Notes: generated from the sequence alone by a model not told the origin. A stretch of 63,476 nucleotides of DNA, filler included, from Cercozoa sp. M6MM (GCA_040357565.1; 12 parts of 12 records of this genome joined end to end with filler, not necessarily neighbours in it); one strand, 5' to 3'. Shown: positions 38,886 to 52,300, counted from the whole stretch's first letter. A program made the numbers and translations.

Positions 38886-40170
38886 TCATTCAGTCTCGGA
38901 CTTGGTCTTGTTGCTGCTGCGCCATCCAAAGATTCGCTGAAAGCGAGAGGAGCGCTTTTTCTTCTTCTTTTTCTCTCTCTTTTTCTTGTTCTTCGTTTCC
39001 ACAGCGCTGCTTATGTCTTGAGAGGACTCGCCAACAGTCCGTTTGGGTTTGGGAAGTATCTCTGGTGTGCGTCGTTTTTCGATCACCTCAGTGGGGGCCG
39101 AGAAATACAAGTGCTGCTTAATGCAGTCGCAAAGTAAATTGTATTAGCTATAATCACGTTGAGGGCACTGTAAATTTACATTACCAGATTGGGAGCGACG
39201 GATTCGCCTGTCTGATCGATATCGGCGGTGCCGGTGGTGGCAGGAGCGCTGCGGTGCTCGGCATTTCCGAAAGATGGAGGGCCATCCTGCATGACCCGGA
39301 CGAACTCCTCAAAGTTGATCGTTCCATCCTGGTCTGTGTCGACTTCGTCCATAAGGAGCCACAGTTCTTGACTTGTCTGAGGTAAGGAAAGCAATGATCA
39401 TGACCGCAGGTAGAAACAGGAGGACTCCGCTGTACCACGTGCTGCCCCACGGCGTTCATTGTACGAAGAAGTTCGGGGATCGAAATGAAACCATCACGGT
39501 TGCTGTCGAACAGATCGAACGCTGCGCGAAGTTCCGACCTTGAAATCTCCTGTGGATCCACAAACTCGCCATTGTGGCGCCTGTTCTGTAAGCGTGAGGT
39601 CGCGTCCATCATTGACACAAACTCTGGAAAGTCAATCAAACCGTCGTTGTCTGCTCAGTCCCATTTCCATCATGTTTCTTCGACAATGGTGGGTATTTTT
39701 TACTTTGGTCGACGGATCGAATCATCTGAGCATTGATACCATGCCGTAGGGGAAAAACTACAGCCTGGTTGTTGCTCACCTTTTTCAGTTCTTTTGGATT
39801 GTGTCGACAACCTATCTGCCACAGCACATGCCCGAGTTCGTCCCATGAGATTTCGCCACTTCCATCCTAACCTCAGTTGTCGAGACAGTCAGTCAGGAAA
39901 AAAGAAAACTATTGGACTGCCGGACTTCCGCATTACCCGATCGAGGAAGTTGAAGATAGCTCGGTACTCTTGGAGCACTTCAGATGACACCGTTTCCAGA
40001 GAGTGCTGCGAAACAAAGAAGCTGAAACTACTCCAGTGAGATAAATAGTTCGCTTGTAAGTTTTAAAGACCGCGAAGTAAAATATGACTCTAACCGAAGC
40101 TAAAAAGAACTTTGGCGATTTGCTTTACCTGTTTCTCCAAGTCGGACGAGCCCAGTCGACCGAGGAACAT
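38886..40170 (-). CDS. Calmodulin-like 4-EF-hand protein with basic C-terminal extension
   Basis: EYRAIFNFLDR|DGSGEISWDEL, DGLIDFPEF, AFDLFDSNRDGFISIPEL, EVDTDQDGTINFEEF, then a KKKREKKKKKKR tail. Confidence 0.85.
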
Positions 40171-40546
40171 TTGCAAAGCTGAGGCCCTGGCTAGCCAGGA
40201 GCTACACCACTAGGCTACTAACCTATTTCGAGCAGCTCCTGACGAACTGGGAGGTCGGTCAATAAACTTGAAAACTGACCGAACATCCAACTTTGACCGC
40301 CTTTAATTACACGTCGAATCGTAGACTGTGAAACTGCCGGTCAGACAGTTGTAGCTTTAAGGTGACAATGGACCGCGAGTGGCAGCGTAGACTGCTCCGC
40401 ATTGGCAGCTCGCAGTTGAGTGCAGCGCAGCAACCGTGTTGGATGGCATGACAGATACGATACAGTAAATCATAAAATCGACTAAATAAAAACCAAACGC
40501 CGGTAGCTATGCCACCTAGGAGCCATTAAAATGGTATCGAGGCCGC

Positions 40547-41245
40547 CTAGGAGCCCTTGGCCAGAGCGATGCGGTCGGGATGACGCTCCCGCATCTCAGT
40601 GATGGCATCGTGCACCTGCTGTCGCAGCGCGTCGACATCGGTGTCGGCGGTGACCTTGATGGGCTTGCCGATCGTGACGTAGATGTCACGCCGTCCGATG
40701 CGCCAGTCTCCGCGCGGCCACGCACGCTCCGAGCCCGACACTGCAACGGGACTACAGGGGGGAGTAAGGGTAGGGATAGGGCTAGGGCGAGGGTAGGGCT
40801 AGGGTAGGGCTAGGGTAGAGCTAGGGGTAGAGGTAGAGGTAAGGTGGACAGTAAATGGTAAAGGTACAGCACAGTGGCGCCAGTCTCAACAGCGAGCGAG
40901 AAGAAGCCGTTCTTGAAGTCGCCAACAGGACCGTCGGGATTGTAGCTACGCACTCCCTCGGGGAAGACGCAGATCGAGTAGGCCTGCTGCAGCAGTGTGG
41001 CACAGTGCTTCATCATGCGGCGCACCGTGCCCTTGCGCGTGGCCCAGCCGCCCTTGCCGCTCGTGAAGTACACCGGGATATCGCCGGCCAGTCGCATGGC
41101 CCAGCCACCGAACGGCACCGAGAACAGCGACGCCTTGGCAATGTACTTGGTCTCCCACGGCAGCAGTGCCGAGCACACCACAAACGGGTCCACGTTGCTC
41201 AAGTGGTTCGCCATCACTGTCCATACATTCGCATATACACACATT

Positions 41246-41276
<31 letters not shown>

Positions 41277-41737
41277 TACAAGCACAGGTACCAATCGTGC
41301 TCTCGAGATCCGACCCGGTGATACCGCTCTCGTTGCGCACCTTGAGTTTCCACAGCGGCTGCAGACGCATCACGATCGACGACATGTGTCGGAAGATCTT
41401 GCCGCACCTAACCAACACGTATCAGTCAATCAAAACACACACATACACACACATACAGTTGACTCACGTGGAGAAACGCACCAGTGCTGCCTCTGCTCGC
41501 GACTCGTGAAAGGCTTCATGAGTGCCCACACTACGGCCTGCATGCAGAACGTCGACACGAACACCGTGAGCATCAGCACGAGTGCCCACACGGTGCCCAG
41601 CACGCGAACAGCCGGTGAGCCTGGAACGTCAATCTTGACTGGCTTCTTCTTCTGCCAAACCACACACAATTTCACTGCTTCTCGACAACATAATCGCCAG
41701 CGAGACACACCACTGGTTTTGACTGGTCGCTCGACAT
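40547..41737 (-). CDS. 1-acyl-sn-glycerol-3-phosphate acyltransferase (LPAAT/PlsC family)
   Basis: N-terminal TM helix; NHLSNVDP (HX4D), KYIAKASLF, FPEGVRS, FKNGFF motifs. Confidence 0.9.
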
Positions 41738-42331
41738 TGTGTGTTTCGAGTTTTTGGCCAATATTTCGAATTTTCGCTCACGACGAAAAACGCGTCGCTT
41801 TGCTGTACGTCGGTCTCACCGCTAGCGAGCCCACAACACGTACGCGTTACACACACCGCGGCGCAAATAAGATTCTGAAAACAAGTGCTGCGGACTGGCA
41901 AAAAAAAGCTCCTGCTGACCACACACGACCCGAGCGCGCCTTGTCAAAATCACACCTTGGGGATCGGCGCATCACGCGCTACCACGCCACGTGGGGTATC
42001 TGTATAATCCTCTCAGGTCTCGAGCGGGTTAAATTCGGACGTTGCTGTCAAGCACAGAAATGAGCTTCCCGCCATTTATATTTCAAAGCTGATTACTGGC
42101 GGCTTCTTGGCAGCTAAAAGCGGTTGCACTGCACTCTATGCACCGAGTGATGTCTACTCTTCGTGGCGGTGGCCTTGTGAGTGCGTCTGCAGCTTTCGTT
42201 TCTGCCAGCTGATTTTGCTCGGATTTTGCTTTGGTGCCAGGCTCTTCGCGAGCACTCTCGCGTTCCGTGATTACGGTGCACCAAACAGTCGGAGAAAAGA
42301 CGGTAAATTCAGTTCATTTTGAAGCCTAGGT

Positions 42332-42657
42332 ATGGGATTGTATCGGTTGTTTGGGCAGGTGAAACTGACGCTGTCGCAAGGTGACATTTTTGATGTGTGC
42401 GCGCGGAACGAAGTGCAAGCCATCGTGAACCCGGCCAACTCGCGCATGATGCACGGAGGCGGACTCGCTCGACTGATTGCTGACGCCGCAGGACCAATGC
42501 TATACCGCCTGCATGAGGCCGAAAATCACTACTGTCCGGAGGGAGAAGCAGTTGCCACGCCTTCCTTTGGTGTCAAAACGAAATGTCCCGACACGACTCA
42601 TATTTTGGTAGACACGCTCTGTTGTGAGATTGAAATTCGCATACACACACACACACA

Positions 42658-42708
<51 letters not shown>

Positions 42709-43330
42709 CTCAAGTATGTAGCACACGGTGGGTCCAAGTGACTACTCTGCGCCCGAGAAAGCTCGCCAAGTGGAACTGTAGTTCAAACAAGCACTGTGGA
42801 TGCGAAACTACAAAAACACGTGAATCGATTTGTGTTTAGGTTGGCGAACTGCGTCAACAATACGACGCGACTTGCACTCAAGGAGGATGTACCCTGACCC
42901 CTTTACTTCCAAGATACGTCTGATGCTTGTCTTCTTTGGTAGTTGACTTCGCTGGCATTCCCTGCCATTTCTACGGTACCTGTGCTTTTGCCCTCACTCG
43001 AAATTTAGTAAGTTAAATGAGGCTTTCAGGGCATCTTTGGCATCTCGTTTGAAACTTCCGCCGAGGGAATGCTGCACGGTCTCAGTCAGTTCACGCAGCA
43101 TTTTCTCGCCAAAGACGACGAACACCATCAAAAGGAGGTAATTTTACGGCAAAGCCAGCTAAAACTGTTTCAACGGCCTGTTCTCATTTCTATTGGGACG
43201 TTTCATTTCTTTTTGCGTGCCGCAGGTGCACGTGCACTTTGTGTTGCTGAAGGAACGCCCAGACTTGACGAAATTCCAACAAGCGCTAGAGCAACAAGTC
43301 CAACGCGGTGTTTGGCAGCGTTGTGAGTGA
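42332..43330 (+). CDS. Macrodomain ADP-ribose-binding protein / hydrolase
   Basis: QGDI, AIVNPANSRMMHGGGLARLIADAAG, IL|HTVGP, SLAFPAISTG|IFG. Confidence 0.9.
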
Positions 43331-43546
43331 TAAAACTTGTAGCGATACCGTTCGTTTTGGCACTGCCTACTATAGTGGTAGTGAATTCGAATTCAGCACT
43401 CAGCAGCTCCGTCAGATACCCGACCAGCGAAGACATGTCAGAATCTTCCACACCTCTCTTGAGGTTTCGGTTTTGTAAGTCGAGTCTTAAAGTTGCGCGC
43501 GAATACAGTAGCTAAAGTTCACGCTGTAACGGCAAAACGTAAGAAA

Positions 43547-44660
43547 CTAGTCCATGTTAGCAGCATGTTGCAGGAAGCGGCCGCAGAGTTCGTCAGGCGT
43601 GCCGGCCTTGTCGCAGAGTGCCAGCACGACATCGCCTGTCCGAAAGAAGAAAAACTGAGACTTGTGTTCTCATGACAAGAGCACTGTCGTACCTGGCAGT
43701 GCTTGCAGTCGCAACGGCGCGAAAACCGGCGGCACAGCTTTATTCTGCGACCGCTCGCTGGAAGGAGCATCGCCTGCTCAAATGTCACAATATCCAAAAG
43801 TTATGGATAAGCGGAGACATCCTACCGAGTTCGCAGCGAGCACCTGCGGCATCCTCGGACCATTTTGGCATCTGCACGAGGCCATAATTCGACAAGCGAC
43901 GGCACAACCTCTCCACACGCGCCCTGAATTTTAATGGAGTCAATGGCAGCGAAATTCAGTAAACCAAGCACACCTAGAAAGTAGGGAAACGTGTGCTTGA
44001 GCCGACATCATTTGCAGTCGCGACATCAGCGACTGCACACAAGCAAAAAATGATCAAGACACAACGTCATACAAAGACAGGACAGCACACTACCTCGAAT
44101 TCGACATAACGATCACCGACAGAAAGGTATTCGAGCGCCAGTGCCGTCAGCACGAACCTATTTTGTATCGCAGAAAGAGAAAATGCAATCACAGACAGAA
44201 GAAACAAGAACTGTACTTTTCAAACTTGGCAAGGTGTGAAATCGCGCGAACTTTGTCCGAAACGAAAAGCGATTTGAAAGCTCGCTGAATTTCGGCAATT
44301 GTGATGGGCGGAACTTCAAAAACTGCGCTCACAGTTTCTTAATGATACGATAAGGGACACGAATAAACCTACAAAAACGGACCTTGTTTTTCCTGTTCAG
44401 TCGTTTCTGCACCGCCTTCGTTTTCGTTGTCCGATGCAACTTCAGCAAACGGATCATCGGCGTTCTTCTCACTGTCACTCTTGTTGCCTCCGTCCCCAAG
44501 TTCGTCGCTCATCTCGTCCGATTTTCGAGTACCTGTAAAACACATGGCCACAGAGTTAAAAAGAAGCCTGTAAATTTAACGGACCGTGTTCAAGGCGACA
44601 ATCGATCGCATGGCGGCACAGCTCGAGACACGCACGAGCATCGCCCGAAAAAGCGGCAAC
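43547..44660 (-). CDS. ORC1: Origin recognition complex subunit 1, C-terminal AAA lid plus winged helix
   Basis: VAAFSGDARACLELCRHA, ITIAEIQRAFKSLF..AISHLAKFEK, LCRRLSNYGLV, LRLQALPGDVVLAL. Confidence 0.8.
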
Positions 44661-44676
44661 CTGACACAAACATAAC

Positions 44677-44756
<80 letters not shown>

Positions 44757-44856
44757 NNNNNNNNNNNNNNNNNNNNNNNNNNNNNNNNNNNNNNNNNNNN
44801 TTAATTAATTAANNNNNNNNNNNNNNNNNNNNNNNNNNNNNNNNNNNNNNNNNNNN

Positions 44857-44903
<47 letters not shown>

Positions 44904-44960
44904 CACTAAAAGCTCGCACTTGTTTGCGCAGAGAAAGGAACTTTTTCTCCTTGTTCCAAG

Positions 44961-46849
44961 TCGATTTGTTCTCGGAAAGTTGTCCCATTAAAGGTACTAC
45001 TATACTCTTCGCTGGTTGGAACAGTTGTCCAGATTGTTTGCTTGGTCAGGGCGGCATTCACCAAAGTGCGGCAGCGAAGGTGCGCGTTCGTTGGATTTTT
45101 TGTATTTTTGTGAGTGTCTATTTTTAGGATGCGCGGTGTGCGAGGACTTGCCTGACGTGCCACTGTGTCAACAGTACGCCTCTGCTTTTTCATGTTCCCA
45201 GGTTCTTCACAAAGCGTACACAGACAACGAAAGGATCAAATCGACTTCTTTGTTTCGCCTTCGGCCAAGAAGTACGTCCAGACTGTTCTTTGACCCTCTG
45301 TTGATCCCTTTAAAACCCACTGTCATCCCTAGGTGGCTGCCCCCACCCGATGAGGACCTCTGGATCGCCGCAAACTTTGACGACGTCGATGAGCGACAGT
45401 TCTTCGACCTGCGCCGTAATCCCGAGCGAGTGCGTTTCTCTCTCTTATTTCCCAGGTTGCTATGTTAAAGCATGTGTTGTCTGCAATGTCTAAACAGGAC
45501 ACTGGCTACGTCGGTGAGGCTGCACACTCGGTGTGGCGCGCCATCTACGAGCAGAATTGTTTCCATGGTACTGCAGCAGATCTTGCGAGTTAGGGGCGGG
45601 GGCTCATTGTTTTTCTGGCCACAGAGGGCGACACAGAGTGTCTCGAGGAACGAGCCTTCTACCGAATCATCTCTGGGTATCCCTGCTGTACAATCATTCC
45701 AACTCCTCGTTTCGATAAACATTTTGTGTAGTCTGCACTGTTCGGTTGGTCTGCATGTTGCTCGAGACAAGGGAACCTTGGTATCCGTGATTTTGTAGCC
45801 TATACATTATAAGGGAACAAATTAATCCTTGACTGGTGTGACTCAGGGCGAACTCGCCTTGCGAAAGAAGCACCCTGACCGCGTTCAAAACTTGTACTTT
45901 GCGTACGCACTGATGCTACGTGCCGTGAGGTAGACTACAATACAATAGAAATTACATTAGTGAGGGTAAGCTGAAAATGACCCATGCGATGTACAGTAAG
46001 GCGCGCAACGTGCTGCTGGACTACCAGATCGACACGGGCTCTCCCGAAGACGACTTGCTTGCTGTAGTTTATTGACCCTGTATCTCCCGACTTTCCGAAA
46101 GTGTGTCTGTGCGCAGAAGGAGCAATTGCGCGAGTTGCTGCAGCACCCGGTCCTGCGAGACTGTGCCGACCGTTCGACGTAGGCTTTTTCTCTTTTAACT
46201 CTCCAACAATGTCACACCGATGTACCGCAGGTTCGACGAAGCGGCCTTGTTCCAGGATGTACGTTATTCAATATCTACGAACGCCCCTTTGGTTCACGGA
46301 GCAGGGGACCTTGTTGTTGTGACAGGAAGCACTCAAGGCCGAGTTTAAGGAGCGTTTCCGCTCGACATCGGCGTTAATCCACTGCGTCGACTGTGACTCC
46401 TGCCGACTGCACGGCAAACTGCAGGTACGACACTTGCTCCTCCAGTTTTGCTTGTTTCCCTCCTTTCTTCAAGGGAGATTCTAATAGATTCTCGGTTTGG
46501 GCACGGCCATGAAGGTGCTCTGGACGAATCGGTCCTTGCAAGCGAGCGACCTGACGCACGACGAAGTGGTGGCACTCACCGTCACTGCCTCCAAGGTATC
46601 TTTCCTGTCATTGTGTTTTACTTATTTCCCAAACAGTTAATTCGTTTGAGCAGTTTGGGTCGGCGATCGAGGCTCTCCACATCGACGAGAATTTGTGCCT
46701 TGTTTTTTTTTTGCTGACCTGGCCAGTTTGCATGTGCTTTTGGTTGTGGCGACAGATCGCAGCGCCGCGTACTTCTGCAGGTGCTGCTTTCAACGATATC
46801 GCTCGTGACGGCTGCCATAGTGACGCTTCGTTACTATCTGCCCAACTAG
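44961..46849 (+). CDS. ERO1: ER oxidoreductin ERO1, 5'-truncated
   Basis: FFDLRRNPER|DTGY..VWRAIYEQNCF, CLEERAFYRIISG|LHCS, HPDRVQNLYF, CVDCDSCRLHGKLQ|ILGLGTAMKVL. Confidence 0.92.
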
Positions 46850-46994
46850 GAACACGCCTGACGATACACAACCGTGCGGTGACACTCGCTTCGCCTTAAC
46901 AGCGCAGTACCACAGGCCTCAGTCACGTCAGTCGAGCCGGAGTGCCACGCCCACCGTAAAGGTCACGTCAGGTCAGTTACACTTAGTCAGTCTG

Positions 46995-47301
46995 ACGATA
47001 GTAGCTCGGCTTCGCTTAGGCAGGTTCGGTGAGTCGACAAAATGGTTTTTGAAACCGACTTACGCTACTGTCGTGCCCGGAGTACGTATATATGCGGTAT
47101 TGTCACCGCAGCCCTCTCAGATAGGGATTGGTAGATTGAGGGAATTTTGCGTTGCCGGTGATACTAAGGAACGTAAGAGAGTCTGTTGGTTCTTGAGAGA
47201 AAACTGACAAAAACCTCAAGAGAAACGAAACTAGGATAGTTTTCCACCGAACCAACGACGGAAGGCGATCAACGGTTTGTTTGAAGTTAATCCGACTCGC
47301 C
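46995..47301 (+). ncRNA. Candidate structured RNA (unassigned)
   Basis: Several 8-11 bp helices with G-U pairs favouring the plus strand; see findings. Confidence 0.3.
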
Positions 47302-47402
47302 AATTAAATCGCGATCGCGCTTGTCAATCCGAGTCGACATGCGCACCGCTTATGCGGTGATTATGAACGGCACTTCTGGTACGCTCGCATAAATAGTACC
47401 TC

Positions 47403-49256
47403 TCATTCACTTGATGGAACAGACGGAACGGAAGGCGAGGGCGCGGGCGCAAGTTCACTTGGAGCGTGTGCTTCGTCGGGCTTAGCACCGAGAGACTTGT
47501 TTCCGCTAGCGATCGCATCCGCGTCGACATCCAGGGCCGTGTCACTTGTTTTGCTTTGGTTGAAGTAGAGGAACAGCGTTCTCTGTGCTCAAAACAATCA
47601 ATGACACGCAACAGACAATATAGTGTCGTACCAAAGCAGAGAACAAAAAGTCGCTGATGCGCACGGCAGGCGCGAATACGGGTGGCCGGCGGTACATGCG
47701 CACCCACACACTGTGTAGACCCCACACAAATACATAAGGACATCATTCGTTTCCCAACGTAAAAATACTCGGTGAACCTGTTGGATGGCAGCGCCTTTTT
47801 TGACACATGAGCTTGCGGTTTCGCCTTAGTCGCCAGCAGGATTAACTGCGGCACTCACATCACATACATTAGGGATGAATAGAGATTCGATAACCCATTA
47901 CGGTATTGATACAAAAGTACCAGTGCGAAGCACGTCGACCAGATTCCGTTTCCGACAAACCCGGGACAGCTACACCGGGTAATGAACATACCAAAAATGA
48001 GCAACAGCGGCTGAAAACGAGGGATACAGCCACGTAAGGAGCGTTGAAGGCGCACCAAACCCACAAAAGTACCTGAAGAAACACACATCAGTTTTGCACC
48101 CATCCCAACAAACGGCCAGAGATACACGGCATGTTCTTCCAGAAACGCGATGCGCTTTCGAGATTCCTGTAGCGACAAACAGGGTAATACAGTACGAGCG
48201 AGCGTGGCGAAGAGTTAAAGCCAGAGACAGTACCCACTGACGTTGCGCGAATCTGAAGTCGAAGTAGTAATAGGAAAAGCACACGGCCCCACACACGAAT
48301 GCGAGTGCCGGCAGTGGCAGCAACAGTGCTCTTATGCCATAGCTTGCTCCCTGGACGCATGGGTAAGGGAATAAAAGACAAAACGAAATCAAGAGGCCGT
48401 ACCGGCAGCAACGACAGCACGGGCGACAGCGTTAAAAGCAGTAGCGATGGTATCCACCGGAGCAGTGACACCTGCAGCAGCAGACACACCACCAGGATGG
48501 ATCGATGCACCTCACCTGTGCACGTATCGATCTGTCTAACTGTAGGTAGTTGTATACATGGGACAAGAGTACCGGCCAGAAGCAGGCGCCAGCGCGCAAA
48601 GGTGGCACTCCGACGCACCGGCTTGCGACGCAGCACGCTCAACGCAACGTCGGCCACGTGTTGGTACCAAACCTGTTCCAACAGCATATTTCCGGAACAT
48701 ACGACACGTGTGTGGATACGGAGGGTACCGAGTTCAAAGCAAACGACAGAACGAAGAAGGGCCAGGCACAGCAGCACAAAAATAGTGTGTGCAGCAGACC
48801 GTCCACAAATGCACGGGTTTCTATCGACACGTCCTGCAGGAAACAGAGGAAAGCATTTGCAATCCAGCTGGTCAAAAATCAGAAGGGGTAAAAAGGGTCA
48901 ACATACAACATCCCACAGCACGAACGCGAGCAGGGATGGGCGCAGCATCAGTTCCCAGATCGCCACAGAACCCACACACAACACCTACTTTCAAATGCAG
49001 GTAGTGACATGCAAATACGGGGTAAGCATACGAGGTACCAGATTTAGCAAAACACAGTCGCGAACGCCAGATCGAATCCGCTCATCGGACAACAGAAACA
49101 AGACGATCCGATCCAATCGAACGCCATCCTTTCGTGACGCATAAATACAAGTAATATAGCTACATGTCTGCACCGTGCCTTTTGCCTAAGTGCACGGCGG
49201 CATATGCGGGGTACCTTGAAACCTCGCCAGAAGGCGTTGACCGCCTTCTTGCTCAT
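47403..49256 (-). CDS. EI24: EI24-family multi-pass membrane protein
   Basis: CVLLNL, WPFFVLSFALNS|VWYQHVAD, SYYYFDFRF, RIAFLEEHAVYLWPFVGMG match the EI24 pattern. Confidence 0.75.
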
Positions 49257-49359
49257 TTTGCACCAACAAGCCGCTTCCGCAGAAGACGAAAAATGCAAGC
49301 TCTAGACGAGCTTAGATTAGAGATCGAACTCACTGGAAGCACTTAAGTTTTACTGCACA

Positions 49360-52300
49360 GACACCTGGGTTGGACTCAAACGGACTGGATGCTTTGATCG
49401 AGGCCGCTTTCGATATTACACCCACTCTGAACTTTTGGGTGCCTGATTCCGGTATGGTGTTCTTCCAATCTGCGATTATCTGTGCAGGGAGTGCACAGAA
49501 TACCAGGAAAACCTCCCATAGTCATACTTTTTTTTTCGACCCTCATAATTGCTACACGTGAGGACCCGAGAGGCAAGTAATCGTAACAAATTTTGCGATT
49601 TTCACGACCCTGCTTCGGCTCGTGAGCCGGAATCTGTATGAGGTCTTAGAGAGAACAGAATAGGGTGTGCTAGTGCACCAATTAGTATGCGCATTTTAAA
49701 TTGCCCTGTGGACGATTTAGAGCACCTGTGCGCGGCTCTGCGGCATGGAGATTGCCGCTGCGACACGGTGTGCGCGGCCGATGGCTGCAAATCCAGTGAG
49801 CCAGACTCTGGCCATTTTCCTTGGCTTACGTCACTACTGCTTTACAAACTGGAGAAACAACACTAGCTTGTTTGCACTGACGGCTCCTCATTTCCTTGGG
49901 AGATTTTCGTCTACGGAGTCCTGCCTACGTGACGTTCGCCGTCTGATATTGTACATGTAGATATTTTACATGTAGGCGAAATTGACGACCAGAAAGCGAC
50001 ATTGAAGGCTGTCCGAACACAAGCTGGTACTCAGAGGATACGCCTTCTGGTGAGAGCTACAGTAGCCTTTTCTGATGAAGGCGACGCTGCGGCTGAGTGG
50101 CGTTTCGCAACCAGGGATTATAGAAAAAGCGAAATCTTGTCCCGTGTAGCGCCTTGGTAAAGTCGAAATGACCTATCGGAACGATCCTAGAGCAGACTGC
50201 ACTGCGCAGATAGGAGGGTTTGTCATTGGCACACAGCATCTCTGCCGACCAGACACATACGGACCCTCAGCTACCAGTTGCTCTGCAGACTACACAGCGA
50301 GCACACTGATGCTCTCGACTGCTGACAGTACTAAGAGTTCTACTGACAATCAGGATCGGTTTTTTGTCACACCGGCTCACTACTTATTATTTTTTTGTTC
50401 TTCAAATCGCTCTGAATCAGAGAAATTCGTGCACTAGAAGTTGTTCTACGCGTGCGTGGGCGTGGGTGCCTCCCTTTGTGCAGCCATCGGTAGGCTCTGC
50501 GCTGTGATTTATTTCGTGGCGGTTCTTTTCGGACCGTCACGTGCCCAACTACCACTGCTTCGCGTTCCGAGCTGCTGCAACCGGCTATGGTGGCAGCGCT
50601 GCGTGCCGATTCGGCGCTTCCCCGCGTGTACGTTCCTCTTAAATCGATAATTGAAGCTGTAGGCATGTTATTGTAGCTTGCGCGACTCGCTCTCCGCGAT
50701 GCTTGAAGCTGATGGAGGTAGGTTTCCTGTGCATTGCTTTTTCGAGGTATGCGTGACTGTGTAATTTTTACGTGCACAGTGCCTCTGACGAAGTTGTTCA
50801 CGTACTTTTTTCGCTATTTGTGATGTCGATCTGCTTGATAAGATTGTTGCACAGCTTCGTGAGCGAGCAGTCACTGCAGCTACAGATACAAGCAGTCGAG
50901 AACTCAATATTGTTTCCACTCATTCAAGGTGCATTGTACTACACTCCAATTACCTCGTATTCCCTGTTACACCGTCACGCTTTGACAGGCACGTCCAGAC
51001 AACTGGTGTCGGCGTTTGATAAGCAACGCGACTTTTTGGTTTATTGCTATCCTCTGCTCCCCTTATCCTGCCACCCCCAAACGCTACTTCCTTTCTCTTG
51101 TAGTCGCCGATGCTGCCAGTGTTTGCAAAACTGGACGCTGTTTTCTCTGTACTCTTTTGCCTTTGCTGTTGCCTGTTTTGACTCTGGAAGGGCTCTGTGT
51201 TTCTGCAGAACAGCAAGCACGCTGGCACGGGGTCGATTGCCACCTCAGGCACTAGCGAGGTCAACACGCACACCAGCGGTGGCTCCGACGAACGCTGGAC
51301 CAAATCGCACGAACGATTGCGCAACCTGTACCACTTGCTAGATAGACAGGCTTTGTGACTATTAATGATGGTGTCCACTGCTCAGTCTGGTGTGCGTGTG
51401 CAACCAACTTCACCTGCGACGCTTTCGCATCGAAGACGGACCGCCTCGGCTTTCGCGCCTGCTCGCACAAGCGTCCCGCGAGGCTTGCGCCAACTTGTCG
51501 CGTAGTTTAACCTCCCGCTGTCCCTTACCCTAAGTGTTATTCTTTGCCTTATATAGCCGTGTTTGCCACACGCTTGATTTTCTCGCTGCACCTGGCGGTG
51601 GTCAATGGCGTTCTCAACGTGGCGCGTCAGTTTCGTCACGCACACGGTACGACGGCCATCCGCTGGGATGACACTTGTGTACGGTGACTGTCCGTAGATC
51701 TGCCGCAATGGGACAATCTGATTGATCTTTTAAACGCACTGCGCATTTTTGTCTGTACCTCTCTCCTGTTCACCGATAAGTTGCCCCCTTTACCTTGACG
51801 TCTACCTGCAGTGTCGCGACACCAGATGTTGCCGTCCTTTGACTCGGCCCGAAGTGTCCTGCGCGCAGCCGTGTGTGAGCCTGCTGTGCAGCTCGTACGA
51901 CGCGTCGTGTCGCTGCTGGAGGTGCTATGTCCTTTATCATTCTGTGTCGCTGCCTTTATCCACCCTCCCCGTAGGACCACCTGCGAGTGCCTCAGATTCT
52001 GGACATGCTGGACCCGGTCGCATCGATCGCTGCCGCACAAAAGAGGTGTCATTGATTCGTTTGGGGTTTTCTCTCCCTGTCTCGGAAAGCATGAGTGCTA
52101 CTATCTAATACAGACACGCCAAGGCGCTCATGCGCCAGTTGCGACGGTTCTGGGTGCCTCTACATGACTACTTGGTATGCTTGTCCTTACTTCTCCTTGC
52201 TACCTGGTTTACTCCATGTGACTCACTGTACTTCACTGCTATGCATTGCTTAGGACGAACACCCTCAGGCAGAAAGACCGCTACCCGGCGACGTCACTTT

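Noticed and set aside
38790-39137. Plus-strand hydrophobic ORF
   Set aside because: It is the antisense shadow of the Lys-rich last exon of the calmodulin-like gene.
46992-46998. Hammerhead ribozyme core CTGACGA
   Set aside because: There is no GAAA after the stem and no stem I/III geometry.
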